This document shows, piece after piece, positions 1-14,136 of a stretch of DNA of 64,000 nt. The notes beneath the pieces were generated by a model that was given only the letters and a program-made list of their open reading frames with translations, was not told the DNA's origin and did no database searches. Position numbers and translations under genes: made by a program. The DNA comes from Octopus bimaculoides (Eukaryota). The stretch covers positions 11,310,146 to 11,374,145 of the forward strand of contig NC_068992.1 of NCBI RefSeq assembly GCF_001194135.2, read 5' to 3'. Position 1 is the first letter of the stretch; each line of letters opens with the position of its first letter.

Positions 1-104
1 TCACTATTATATCGAAATACTCAAGTGAATTCAAAAGCTGGTTGCGATTTCTCAATTTTGTTTAGTTAGCAAGCTGTTCAGTATTACCATTATCATTATT
101 ATTA

Positions 105-135
<31 letters not shown>

Positions 136-1325
136 CATTATTATTATTCTTATTAGTTCATTATCATCATCATCATAATCATCATTATTTTGATGTTATC
201 TTCTAGCTCATTCATTCATTTACTATTGTTTTTCTCTCTGACTGAAAATTGTACAAGATGAAGGATGAGAGGAATGGCTGGTTGGTTAGGAGGATGAGTG
301 AATTCTGTGTATGGCGAAGAGAAAAGCGTTAGGAATAAAATGAAGAATAAGTGAAATTATCTTAAGTTCAGGTAGCGTTTAATGAAAAACAACTCCGTTC
401 AATCATTGGTGCCATTTTCAATGTTATTTTTCAATATCTAATCAAAACATAACCAGAGCTTGTATATATAGAGATGAATTTCACTGTGTGCAGCTACAAA
501 ATCAAATTTATTTCTTAGAGTTTGCTAACTTAAACTAATCTGTCTTCGGGGCATGGTAGCAGTGGTGGTGGTGGTGGTGATGATAATTGTAGTTAGTGGG
601 TTTCAAAATGGTGGCGGTAGTGGTGATGACAATGGCAGTGTTGATGGTGATGCAACTGTAGTGATTTTGATGATGATAGCGTTGTTGTTGCTGTTGTTGT
701 TGTTGTTGTTGNNNNNNNNNNGTGTGCAGCTACAAAATCAAATTTATTTCTTAGAGTTTGCTAACTTAAACTAATCTGTCTTCGGGGCATGGTAGCAGTG
801 GTGGTGGTGGTGGTGATGGGTTGGTGGCAGTTGTGGCAGTGGTGGTGGTGGTGGTAATTTTAATTCTGTAGGTGATAGTGGTAGTGACAGTAAGGTGGTA
901 GAGGTGACGATGAAGGTGGTAGGAGTGGGGAAAGTGGGAGGTTGGTGGTGGTGGATTATTGGAATGTAAAGAAAATTCATGTTGCTAGTCGTTATATGAT
1001 TGGTAATTTAAACCAGTGTGAATTACTATTTTGAGAGTGGGTAATTGGCTGGAAAGAAAATGATAAAAAACAAAAAAAAATACATATATTAAAGAATTAA
1101 AACAAAAAAAAATAATAGGTTTAAGTGACTTTTATGAATTGTTATCATCACAATCTTCAATCCCATCCTGCCCCCCCACTACTAATATTACCATCACCTC
1201 CAATCCATCATTATTTTCACTATAACTACCAGTGTCACCATTAATACCTCCAGCTTTATCTCCCACTGCTACCTCCTCCTCATCGTCATCATCATCGTTG
1301 TCGTCGTCATTGTCATCGATACATT

Positions 1326-1356
<31 letters not shown>

Positions 1357-2814
1357 GTGTCATCCTCATCACTGTCATCATCATAATCATCTTTATCTTC
1401 ATTGTGATCATCAGCAATGCCACCTCCCTCGTATTGGTATGTAGCATTGACGCATATGTAAGAATGTATATTCAGTTGATATCGTACTAGAATATGAATC
1501 AATGAATCATGTGTATTTTATTGATTCCTGGAGATGCAAGAAAAAAATAAAAAAGTACATTGGACCTGTGGAATTTTGAACTCTAACTATAGAAGTAGTA
1601 TCCTGATAGGCAGCTATCATGGGTTACTTTTAGACACGGTGAAGGCCTTCCCTTTTTTTGGGGTATGAGGACAGACCATTTCTTCCAGGAAGAAAGAGAG
1701 TCAGACAGACAGGAAGCAAGAATAATAGAGGGAAAGAATGACAGAGAGAAAAAGAAGAATTGACTGAGTACAGAACTAATACTCTGTTGACCCGGGAAGA
1801 CAAAGTGCATCTTTGTAGAATTTGAACTCTAAGTACAGAGATCCAGAATGAATACTACAAAACAATTTAATCCCAATGTTTCAATAACTTGGCCATTTTG
1901 TTGCTTTATATTGAAATATTGTTGGATGGTGAGTGTGTTTAGCCAATTAAATCAATACCAGTGCTTGACTGGTACTTTGTTTTATCAATCCTGCAATGAA
2001 GAATGGTAAAGTTGCTCTCAACAGAATTTGTACTCAGAACTTAAAGCAATGAAAGAAATACTTCAAAGCATTTTACCCCAAACTCTAACAATTCTACAAG
2101 CTCACCGTCTTTTATATAGATATTGTTATATAATAATCAATCAATCAATTTCTATTTTTCATAAACTTTAACACAAATGCAGGCAAACCCACAACTATAA
2201 ATCTCAACGTGACAAGGTGCAGAGAATGAAAGTGATGAGGTTTAGTTTTCTTCGGCAGCTTTGCAAGAGTTGTGAAGTGAATAAAACCACTCACCCACTG
2301 ATGGATTCTGTTATTATAAAAAGCCAGGTTTCTATTATATAAATACACAGGTAGGTTTGAATCTACTTTTCCAGGATTGTCTTTGAGAGAAATAATATTT
2401 GTACTGAAGAAAGATGCATTTAAGTTTGAGTTCTATTCAAAGACTTATGTCAAGCTGTCAAGTTAGTTGAGTTCTTAAGACATTAATGGGGAAAATGCTT
2501 CATCTTAATTTGTCTGTAAGAATTGGTTTGGATAAATATAGTGGAAGAAAATATTTCTTGACAAATAAATTACATTTAATGAAAGTATACAAGTGTCAGA
2601 TTTTACAAATATGGTGCAAATTATTGTATTGACATTTAAAACAAGTTAATTTTATAATAATAATGGTGATCATCATCATCATGATCATGATTATGTTGGC
2701 ATGTGCACATGTACACAAACATACACTCAAACAATCGTATTTCTATTTGTTAAGGTTTGAATGTTTACAGGTTTCTTTTTCTAAATAATATATATATATA
2801 TATATATATATATT

Positions 2815-3123
2815 GGCCGTTGCCAGTACCGCCTGACTGGCTCCTGTAGGATTTTCGAGCGAGATCGTTGCCAGTGCCCCTGGACTGGCTTGTGCGGGTG
2901 GCACATAAAAGACACCATTTCGAGCGTGGCCGTTTTCGTGCGGGTGACACGTAAAAGCACCCACTACACTCTCTGAGTGGTTGGCGTTAGGAAGGGCATC
3001 CAGCTGTAGAAACTCTGCCAAATCAGACTGGAGCCTGGTGTTGCCATCCGGTTTCACCAGTCCTCAGTCAAATCGTCCAACCCATGCTAGCATGGAAAGC
3101 AGACGTTAAACGATGATGATGAT
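2815..3123 (+). mobile_element. Family B retro-repeat, young copy
   Basis: Subrepeats with gccagt/actggc hairpins, the conserved GGTTGGCGTTAGGAAGGGCATCCAGC block and a tail catggaaagc.gacgttaaac(GAT)n; inserted in (TA)n. Confidence 0.9.
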
Positions 3124-3404
3124 ATATATATATATATATATATATATTATTTCAATTGTTCATGGAGTATAAAATATATTTGTGATTATATTTATGTTAG
3201 AAGATATGTGTCTTAAGAGAAGAAAATATGGCTACTGACATGTAACTGTAGTGAGATAATAGGGGGACCAAAGAATCTCGCTACATTTTTTTGCTATAAA
3301 TCTCTTCATTTCCAACTGTGGTATAGTGATACCATACTCACTTTCTCTCCCATGTCTTTCTCTTTCTCTTTCTCTCTCTGTACACACATACTCAATCACA
3401 TATC

Positions 3405-3545
3405 ATCATCATCATCATCAACATTTTAGCACCCACTTTTCCATGCTGGTACAGGTCAGATGAAAATTTGTTGAAACAAATTGTTATAAAGCTGGATGCT
3501 CCTCCTGTCACTTACCCTCACCTGTTTCCAAACAGCATATTCATA
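3405..3545 (-). mobile_element. Family B2 (older relative of B) copy
   Basis: (CAT)n, cacttttccatgct..caggtcagatg, gctggatgctcctcctgtca. Related diverged copies lie near 24400-24530(+), 32590-32720(-), 39700-39820(+), 41870-41975(-), 43130-43330(-), 43760-43960(-), 47680-47770(+) and 60140-60220(-). Confidence 0.65.
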
Positions 3546-3718
3546 AATGGAAAGGATTCCCAAGCAGTCACAATTCTTAATATTGCCTAAGCTCATCACT
3601 GTTCAACTTCAATGTGTGAGTATGTGTATGGGTGTGATGGCCTCTAGTGATTAACATCCATAATTATTCATTGAGTTCGATAAATATGCATACATATATA
3701 TGTGTGTATACATATAAA

Positions 3719-3778
<60 letters not shown>

Positions 3779-3815
3779 TAGATAAATAGATAGATAGATA
3801 AATAAAGTATGTATG

Positions 3816-3849
<34 letters not shown>

Positions 3850-5919
3850 TGTATGTAGGTAGGTAGGTAGGTCGCTCGGTAGATCAATAGTTAGAAAGAC
3901 AGACAGAGAAATAGCTATAGATATAGATATGAAGCTGATGATGCATTAAAGTCAGGGAAAAAAATGGTTGATACTTGAAATAATGTGTAAATTTTTAATG
4001 AGAAGAATAATAACAAAGACATATTAGTTTACTATTTGACATTTGATGTTTGATCTGTAATACAACAAGATTTCCTCATTAAATAAAATAATTAAGGTCT
4101 GCAGAAATTTTTTTTAATGTGAGTTAATTGATATTTTATATCAGCACTCTAATAATGTTAATTTACTGGGTTCTTATTAATTAGAAGAAATTAATTGAAT
4201 ATAGGTTTCCATTTGTACTTATCATATAATAGCAATACTTCATTTATTTGTTTGTTGTTCAGGTGTCTTCTGCTTCCTTTAAAACAGTCATTGATTAATT
4301 AATCAGTCACACAGCATGTGATCAGATACACCAAAGCTTCTTTGAAACGGGCTTCCATTCATTGGAGGTTTAGCTTTAAACAATCTTCACAAGATTAAGC
4401 ATGTCTCCATATCCATATTAAACATCAAATGCTATGAGATGTGTTGAACTGCATTAATAATTGCATTTGATGATTATTAGATTGTGAATGAAACAGAATG
4501 TTTATCAGATATCTACAGCTAAACCATGGAGTATGTGACTCATGTATGACACTTAGAACTTGTCTAAGGAGACTTAAATTTCAAGAGTTCAGTTTTTGAT
4601 CGTGTGCTCTGATTGAGTCAAGTTTTACAACCAAAACAATCTTGATGGAAAGATTAAGTATGTTTACATACACAAAATGGATTAAGCTCTTTGATTTCAT
4701 TCCAGCTACATCAATCAACTTCTCACTATCCTCACTTGTAACATACATGCCTCTGCTGAGACTGATAACATCAAAACTATTTCTAAATCAGTTCTCAAAA
4801 TAGGGACTGTGGCCAAATCTTACTCAGAGGGTGATAGGATTATTTAAAATGGCATTGCAGGCAAAGGCATTTCCTAAGAGAGAATTAGTTTTATTGTTGT
4901 TTGTTGGAAATTCTTCAGTTGAGGTACAGAACTGAATAGATGACAGTTCAAAGGAATTTACTAATTTGACTTTACTGCTATGAAGCATCTACCAGCACCC
5001 AACATTTTAACATGTAACTTCTACCACACACACACATATATATATATGTAAATATCACTATAATTTTCCCCGTTGTTTGAGGATGTAGTTGATTTGGAAG
5101 CAAATTTTCCATACATCTTGATCTCGTGAGACCCATCTTGTATGTGTTAGACCTAAGAACCACACCTCTAGTCTGACTTAGTTCACATCCTCTATAGAAG
5201 TACTTTCCTCCAATCAGTTAATAGCATATTCATTAAACAAAAACAAGAGCCTTAACACCATTGACTGACCAACTAGACACAGCAGTTAAAGCAGTCACAA
5301 ATCATACCATAATCCTTTTAAATACAGCCAGGTCACAGAAGAAAATGCTGGCCTAGGTAACAATTTCTACAAAAATAGGAAAGAAAAGTTGGATAGTTAG
5401 GGTTAAACTGCCTTTTATCATAGATAAGCTTTCTTTATGCTGCAACAGCACTTACCATGCATATCTCAGTATCACTTTAGTTTTCTCTTCCAATTATAGT
5501 GTCTGATACATTGATATGAAGTCGTTTTCTCAAAGCTTTTGCACTTAACTACTAACATAATTTAACAGTGAAATTATTAATTCTCCTGTAGCATACTAAA
5601 ATAAAACAATTGGATCTAGATGTTAAGTGAACTCACAAAACGTGTGTGTGTGAGTATGTATGTGTGTGTGTAAATGTATTTCAATATAAATATATGTATC
5701 TTAATGTGTGTATATATGTAAATGCATATATATACATACACACACACATGTATATAAATACATAGCTATATATATACATACATATATGTATATATATGTG
5801 TGTGTGTGTATGTGTGCGTATGTGTGAGTGTGTGTGAGTAAATATATATATTTATGCATATATGTATATATATGAATCTATATCTGTATGTATTTACATA
5901 TGTATATCTATATGTGTGC

Positions 5920-5971
<52 letters not shown>

Positions 5972-7349
5972 GCTTAATTTATCAATAAATTGCAAAGTTA
6001 TGAGCAACACTTCTTTACAACGCAGACGTCTGAACAACATAGATGTCTAAAATTGAAATTATGGGAAATGTTTTTTAAATATTAAAATACAAAAAAAAAA
6101 ATAATAAATAAGCGATTAAATATTATACGTAGCTGGTTTTATACTTTGTAATTCATAAAAAAATAATAGAAAACATGAAATAAGTAACTGCAGGCTTTAT
6201 GTTCAGAAGTATGATGAAATCCAAGATACCAATAAAATCTACACCTAATGCCTGTTGAACAAAATATTTCAAGAATTGTAAGTAAGTTTTCTATTGTCAA
6301 TGATATATCACTGTAATGGAATATAGCTAAACACTTTCAACATCTTTGCTATTGGTTTCCTATGGCATTGAATTGTGTTTCCATTTAGACTTTTGAAGTC
6401 AAGAGATGTAGACAGATCCCTTTCAAATCAATGTCCTAAAAATAAAAGGAAAATAAATAAAGCCAAAAAAAAAAAATTAATAATAATAATAATAATAATA
6501 ATAATGCCAGAAGGGAACACAAACAGGTTTGTTTTTTTTTGTTTTTTTATTATATATTTTTCTTTTTTGTTGTTGTTTTTCTATTTTAAGAGGAATTCTT
6601 TGATAAAAATGTCTTGCTGCCTCCTTCATGCAATATTTGGATGTTTTGCAAAGAGGAAAAGCTTTCTTTGGCGCCATTGNNNNNNNNNNNNNNNNNNNNN
6701 NNNNNNNNNNNNNNNNNNNNNNNNNNNNNNNNNNNNNNNNNNNNAAAAAAAGTACAAAAACAAACAACAAAAATACCTAAAAAGAAACCTATCAGATACA
6801 ATTGAATTATTGAATATCTTAATAATACACATAGAGTAAAATCTGATTATGTGTTTTTGAAGAAACAGCAATGAAATCATATCGACATTGCACCGACCAT
6901 TTCAGATTCTTATTTTTAACTAAAATTGCTGGCATATTGTATTAGTTAAGATTTTTCTCATATTTATTTTCTCTGAAGTCTTTGGCATTGTTTCTCTCAA
7001 TTTGATTATGTACAAGTGTATGTATGGATATATACATGTGTGTGTGTGTGTATAATATATATTTGTGTGTTTGTGTGTGTGTGCGTATAATATATATATA
7101 TGTGCATGTGTGTGTATAATATATATATATTTGTGTGTGTAATATATATATATGAGCACGTGTGTGGGTGTAAGTGCATATGTATATATATGATGGATGG
7201 CCCACATGACCTGAAGTTTGTCGGTGTTTGAACCTCAAACTAAAACCAATAGTAGCCAGTCTTCCATTTTGAACTGTAATGTATTTATGAATGCACAGCA
7301 TGCAAACACACATACATAATATGTATGTATATGTACACTTGTACGTGTC

Positions 7350-7800
7350 ATCCTCCTCCTCCTCCTCCTCCTCATCATCATCATCATTTAGCGTCCGTTG
7401 TCCATGCTGGCATGGGTTGGACGGTTTGACCAGGGCTGGCCAGCTGGAGGGCTGCACCAGACACCAGTCTGATTTGGCGTGGTTTCTACAGCTGGATGCC
7501 CTTCCTAATGCCAACCACTCTGAGAATGTAATGGGTGCTTTTATGTGTCACTGGTGTGGGTGCTGTTTGCATGACACCAGTATCTGCCACAACTGTGATT
7601 TTATTTGGCTTGATGGGTCTTCTTCTCAAGCACAGCATAATGCCAAAGGTCTCGGTTATCTGTCATCGCTTCTGTGAAGCTCAACCCTCAAAAAGAGCTT
7701 CACACATGCTACTGGCATGAGCCACATTACCTCTGTGAGGCCCGACACTCGAAAGGTACTTTTTATGTGCTGCCAGCAAGGGTGCCAGTTACATAACACC
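7350..7800 (-). mobile_element. Family B, long older copy including an RTE-like ORF2 C-terminus
   Basis: Same conserved block and tail; upstream part (7684-7601) encodes LSFTEAMTDNRDLWHYAVLEKKTHQAK*. Confidence 0.8.
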
Positions 7801-7881
7801 ATCATCATCATCACGACTACAATTTCAAGCCATCATTTGAAGTTCACTTTTCATGCTGGCATGATGTAGATGCATATACAG

Positions 7882-7941
<60 letters not shown>

Positions 7942-7965
7942 CTATACCCACATACACATACATAT

Positions 7966-8010
7966 AGGTGCAGGTATGGATGTGTGGTAACAAGCTTGCT
8001 TCCCAAACAT
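7966..8010 (+). mobile_element. Family A SINE head fragment fused to the mariner remnant
   Basis: aggtgcaggtatggatgtgtggtaacaagcttgcttcccaa matches the first 45 bp of family A. Confidence 0.7.
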
Positions 8011-8013
8011 CCA

Positions 8014-8394
8014 ATCAACATCATGGGCAACGTTTTGCCTCTATTCAACTTCCCAAACGGCCTCAGGCTTAACACGGAGGCCTACATTAAGTGCCTGGAG
8101 GAAGTAGTGCTGCCCTAGGTGAAGAGGGTTGCTGCTGGAAGACCCTATGTCTGGCAACAGGACTCGGCAGCATTCACCAACTTAAACAAGGAGACTGTCT
8201 AGAAGAGTTGCAGGAGATTTCGAAGTCATTGGCAGCTGTGGTTAAAGTCAATGGTGATTTTATTGAGTAAACTTACTCTTTAGTATTTCAAGATATCACT
8301 TATGTAATTTTGGTAAATGTATCTGTTAAAATGAGATGTCACTGTTATTTTCATTTATGCATAATTTAAATGACAGTTTATCCACTGCACCTTG
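8014..8394 (+). mobile_element. Tc1/mariner transposon 3' remnant, internally deleted
   Basis: Translates GNVLPLFNFPNGLRLNTEAYIKCLEEVVLP*VKRVAAGRPYVWQQDSA (second catalytic Asp motif) joined directly to the C-terminal AFTNLNKETV*KSCRRFRS/AVVKVNGDFIE*. Ends in a TIR-like ...gacagtttatccactgcaccttg followed by TA (8395-8396). Confidence 0.85.
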
Positions 8395-8427
8395 TATAAA
8401 ATATGTATATAAATATATATGTATATA

Positions 8428-8725
8428 TCATCATCATCATCATCCTCATCATTTAACGTCCGCTTTCCATGCTGGCATGGGTTGGATGGTTTGACTGAGG
8501 TCTGGAATGCCAGCGGCTGCACCAGGCTCTGATCTGATTGGGCGATGTTTCTACAGCTGGATGCCTTTCCTAACACCAACCATTCCGAGAGTGTAGTGGG
8601 TGCTTTTTACATGTCACCAGCATGGAAGCCAGTCAGGCAACCCTGGCATCGGTCACGTATGGATGGTGCTTTTTACATGCCATCAGCACAGGAACCAGTC
8701 AGGGGCCACTGACCACAGCTACGGT
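8428..8725 (-). mobile_element. Family B copy
   Basis: (CAT)n, tttaacgtccgctttccatgctggcatgggttgg, ctacagctggatgcctttcctaacaccaacca. Confidence 0.85.
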
Positions 8726-9110
8726 ATATATATATATGCCTCTACATGCATATATTAAGCTGCTCTAGGCCTGCATCATCATTTCCAATGGAGTAACTCT
8801 GCTGCAGCTAGCATCAGAATTTGCAGATAGACGGTAATAGATTGTGCAACACAATGCATGTAATGTGTCCAGCTTACCACACTGCCTTTCTTCTCCATTC
8901 CATACATGTTGATGTGTGCAGTGTGTCCCTCAGCAAAGCAGGGAGACATTGATCTGCAGGTCACTCTTTATTATTCAACTCACTACTTGTATGCCATGTG
9001 GCTGCTGAGTCAACCCTCACCTGAGGGCTAAATGGTGCAATGCAAACACAATATCCATTCGATATAAATGATTGCTGACTAACGAATCACAAAACAATGG
9101 AATTAGAAAG

Positions 9111-9162
<52 letters not shown>

Positions 9163-9914
9163 GGTTAGATAGATAGATAGATAGATAGAGATAGAGAGAG
9201 TGAGAGAGAGAGAGAGATGGGAAAAGTAAAATTAGAAGTGAGTTTTTCAACGCTTTAAGTAAATAAAAGTAGTATTTGTTAAATAAATCTTGATGAATAT
9301 TTGCAAAACTCCCAAGGATTTTTGTTCTGAGAGAAAATTAATTTTATGAAGTAATTAGTTTATGAATCCAGAATATTGGTAAAAATTCAAAATTTGGTTA
9401 ATTCAAAACATTAGAAATTCGATGCTAAATTTTTGCTGAAAGCATATCGCACACACACACGCGCACACACACACACTCACACACATCCTCACACACACAT
9501 GCATGCAAACACATACACATATACACATGTAAAGGCATGCACATAAATGCGCACACACATATGTTTGTGTTTGTATTTATATATAGTGAGAAAAAGAGAG
9601 AGAGAGAAGGAGAGAGCATGGAAAGGTAGGAAGAGAATAACAATGCTAAATACAGATTTAAAAAGCAAAAATCAACACAAAGATTATTAAAATTCTATTT
9701 GACAAATTATTAATTTATTTCATTATTTTTGACAGCATTAATGATGATTAATCAACAAAATATTTTATGTTTGAAAATTGGACAGGTTTAAAACTGGCTA
9801 ATACTTCTTCACAAAAACAGGAAGGAATTGAAATCTCAAAGAAAAATCTCACAATTCCAATATTTTGAAAAGAAAGAAATTCTCAGCAAGATTATATGCA
9901 AAAACATTAACAAG

Positions 9915-10295
9915 CAGAGGTGTGGATGCGTGGTTAGAAGTTTGTTTACCAACCATATGGTTCATAGTTCAGTCCCACCTTGGCAAGTGTCTTCTACCAT
10001 AGCCTTGGGCTGGCCAAAGCCTCGGGAGTAGATTTGGTAGAATTAAACTGAAGGAAATCCATCGTATTTATATCTATGTGTGTGTGTCTTTGTATCTATG
10101 TGTGTTCCTACCAATGCTTGACAAATGGTGTTTATGTCCCTGTGACTTAGCAGTTTAGCAAAATAGACTAATAAAATAAGTACCAGGCTTTAAAAAACGG
10201 TACTGAGAACGATTTTTTCAACTAAAATTCTTCAAGGCATTGCCTCAGTATGGCTGCTGTCTAATGACTGAAACATGTGAAAGATAAGAGATAAA
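9915..10295 (+). mobile_element. Family A SINE, diverged full-length copy
   Basis: Collinear with 17373-17808 from head to tail. Confidence 0.85.
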
Positions 10296-13200
10296 AAATG
10301 ATTGACAACATACGTGGGAATAAATAATTAACGTATGTTCGAAAGTTGCCCAAAGATATATCAATGGACAGGACTAAGATAGTTGCCAAGTAGTTTTCCA
10401 AGAAAGCATGAAATGAACCAATTGATTTGGTTTGGCAAACAAGCATGTCATCTGCACTTGATGGCACAGCAGAAAGAGAAAATGGAAAAGAAATCTGATG
10501 TTTAGTTTTATCCAAATTCTTCAGAAATACATGGTGAGAGAAAATTTGTTTGCCTTCAAGCAAAAGTATATGGTTCGATTTTATTCCAGGTTAAAAAGAA
10601 ATTCTCTATAAATGTTTGGTATTAATGGATTTGGTTTTGTAAAGAATTCAGACAGATATCATAATGATTACGTTAAAGTATTTTTAACAATAATAAAACA
10701 GAATTTAGCCTAATAGCTATTTATTCCTTGAACTGCAAACCACCGTCTTTGAATAATTATCAATGCATTATAGCCCATCCATGTATTCATTTCATTAGCT
10801 CCCACTTGATTGGGGATAACATCGTGATTAGAGCAGTAAAGTTCAGAGGTTTTTCTCTAACCTAGCTCGGTCTCATAGAAGGACCTGATCATAATACTGT
10901 ATGCTAACAAAACTCAATTCTGCTTCACCAAGCAGAGAACCAAAAAACATAGTGTTACCCGTTTATAATTAAATAAATTTATTTAGCCATTCAAAGTTGT
11001 TTCGACCAATGAACACATGACAATAGCGAAAGGGTACAAATATGGTAATGACTTGACTGGTTGTCCAATGGCATAATGGTTTAGCTCTTTACATTTCTTC
11101 TGTTTGAGCCAATAACAGAGCGTCACAGTGTCAATGCAGTGCTCAGACAAAAGAACACAAGTTCAAAACAACAACCGCAAAAAAATAAAATAAAATAAAT
11201 AAATGAATAAAATTCTATGAACTGTTTTGAAAAATACTATTATTATTGAAAAAGAAAAAAGGAAAATAGTGAAACAGATGTAAGTACGTAAAGCTTTTGA
11301 TATGATATGGTTAATCAGCTACACCCCCTCAGATAATTGATATTTGCTTCAAAAGAAACATCTCTGAAGTCTTACTAGTTCATCAGCAAAATATCTGAAA
11401 TAATGAAACTTTGCAGCAGAAAGTTGTACTACTATAAATAATGGCTGTGTCAGATGAATTTTATAGAGCTTTTAATGATATTATCAGAGGAATCTTGAAC
11501 ATTAATCTCATTTTATAAAAAGATATTGATGAAGTTAGATCAGTCGTTGAAACCTTTGCCTTCACCTACCTTCTAATGCACTCTCTCTCTCTCTTTTTCT
11601 GTCTGTCTGTCTCTGAATGTCTGTCAGTCTCTCTCTCTCTGTTTCTCTGTCTCTCTGTATGTTTCTCTCGCTTACTCTTTTACTCTTTATAACTTTCAGA
11701 GATAAATGGCTTACCGAGTTACAATATGTTGATATCTGAACAGAACTGAAGACATCTATACACTGTATTAACAACATCAAAACAATTTACTGGTTTTCAG
11801 TTAACAATATATAGACGTTGTAGTTAATAGAAACACAATTAATCATATAGCTACTCAATCGCTATTTTCAGAAGTTTGGTTTCTATCTAAATGACAGAAA
11901 ATTCTGTGTTCTATCAGAAAACATTAATGAAAAAGAGGAGGTAGTATCACTATGTGGATCAATATTGAAAATAGATTATTTATATATATATATATATGTA
12001 TATATATTTAATGAATTATATGCAGACAGTATCCATTTTATTATTGATTCAAGTTTTTACCACGTGAAGACTAGCCAATTATTATTGGACTATATAGAAT
12101 TAGAGAATGCTTGCATAAGCAAATATCTATTCTGTCTTGACCAGTAGACAGGCAGACAGGTCAGTATCATGAATCGATGTGTGGAAAATAAATATTTGAG
12201 CCAGCTGGTGAATACTATAACATCAGAACATCTGAAAATGACAGCTGTGGAGCTAAACAAACTGAAATCAGTCAGATAGAGAAATTAAGGGGGGACAAAG
12301 TTTATTTAGTGTTTGTTATCTAAACATTTGTGTTAAAAAACATTTCAAACGGCTATTACACAACAAGGTCCTTAAAGAACTCTTGGATTAACAAGAGCTT
12401 GTTTGAGTGTTTACCTCATGCCAATAGTGAAATTTTCAAGTTGACCATTGTGTTTTTACATTGATTTACAAAAGAGCAAACAAGAGAATATACAGTTGCA
12501 AAGTGAGCTGATTTATTGCATAGAATAATAAAAATCAATTACCATCTACTTTGAGAGGTGAAATTGGTGAGTAGATAAGCTACTTGTCTACAACTTCATA
12601 TGTTTTGGATTCAAATCCACGATAGAAGTTTCATTGAGTAAATCACTTAATTACTCATGTAACAGGTTATCATCTTCAAACTTCATAGCAGAAAGTTTGG
12701 GAAAATTACAAGCAACAAATATAATACCATCCAGGAAGAGGACTCTTTCTCTCTCCCACCGCCTGCCCCTCTCTCTCTCTCTCTCTTTCTGTCTTTCTCT
12801 CTCTCCATCTCCTGCTGTACACTACAAAAACTAGAGTGGTTCATAAAAAGATTAACTTGAGAATACATGAGTGATGTATGTGCCACTACAAGCTGAATGC
12901 AGTAGTGTTTTTGTATGTTTTCTGCATCAAAGATAGAAATCCTATAATAATGGTTTTGAGTTGTTGCTTTTGTATGTTTGATGTTTCAGTTTACAACTAT
13001 TTTCTTTTAATGCTTGTTTGGCCTCAAAGCAACATCTATGATTGGTTACTGCTGTTGAGGCACACAGTCACTTGCTTTGTGAGCTATTTTCGTCAACATT
13101 GGAAAGATAAAATATGGCATTTAGTGTGAAATCTCCTAGAATTGCCAACACGCTGACTCTTCTGTTGCAGTAACAGTTTTAACTGTTATGGCATGAGAAA

Positions 13201-13684
13201 CGTCCATAATCAGGAGTAAATATCTTGTAGTGATTGGAGTCTATAGCAATGCCTATTTCTTCTCTTAATAGCTTTCTAAGTAATTAGGATTGGACAACAT
13301 TTCAAATGACGTCCTTAATTAATAGCAATCAATAGTTAATGAGATAATGCATTATTTTCAAGGAAGGCATCACTAAATTCAACAAGATAACATGAAAGTT
13401 CATTAAATAAACACAACACAGTTTATGCATTGACAATTGTTATAGTTATGTATTGAAGGTGACAAAAGGTTTTTTTTTTTTTTTTTTTTGTGATTCAATT
13501 ACAGAAACACAGCTAGACTGAAGTTGCCCTATGAGCAAGAAATAGCTAGATGGAGAAGTAACTTTAACTGCACCTGATGGCACATGCACCAGGCTTTTCA
13601 TGAGGACGCCCCCCCCCCCCAAAAAAAATCTCATGGTGTGAACATAAGATCAAAGACGAGATACATGCGATAATTAATATGGAT

Positions 13685-13871
13685 GAGGGGGAGAGGGAGG
13701 AGAAGTAGGATGAAAATGGTAGAGGAGGAGGAGTAGGAGAGAAGGAAGATGGAGAAGGAGGAGGAGAAAAAGGAGAAAGAGAAGGAGAAGGAAGGAGGAG
13801 GAGGAGGGGTGGGAGAGAAGGAAGATGGAGAAGGAGGAGGAGAAAAAGGAGAAGGAGAAGAAGGAGGAGGA
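13685..13871. repeat. GGA/GAA purine-rich low-complexity tract
   Basis: Direct reading; abuts a gap. Confidence 0.9.
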
Positions 13872-14096
13872 NNNNNNNNNNNNNNNNNNNNNNNNNNNNN
13901 GACGATTCACCGATACGAGTTCAATTTCCATGATGTGAAGAGTTGAAGTCAGGTGGTTTGTTCTGTTTCTCTTTGGTTCAACCCACCTTAAAAATATTCT
14001 CAGATTAAACAAACCATTAGCAATATTCAATCTGTCCCTATAGTAAACTACGTGGAAATGTCATCTGCCTCATCGACAATAGCTTTCAATTATTTG

Positions 14097-14136
<40 letters not shown>

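Noticed and set aside
486-818. Exact 97-bp duplication (486-582 and 722-818)
   Set aside because: The copies flank an 11-N gap and the second starts at the gap edge; most likely unmerged contig overlap or alleles.
11330-11580. Protein-like plus frame (MAVSDEFYRAFNDIIRGIL...)
   Set aside because: Three stops in about 80 codons and no recognisable homology.
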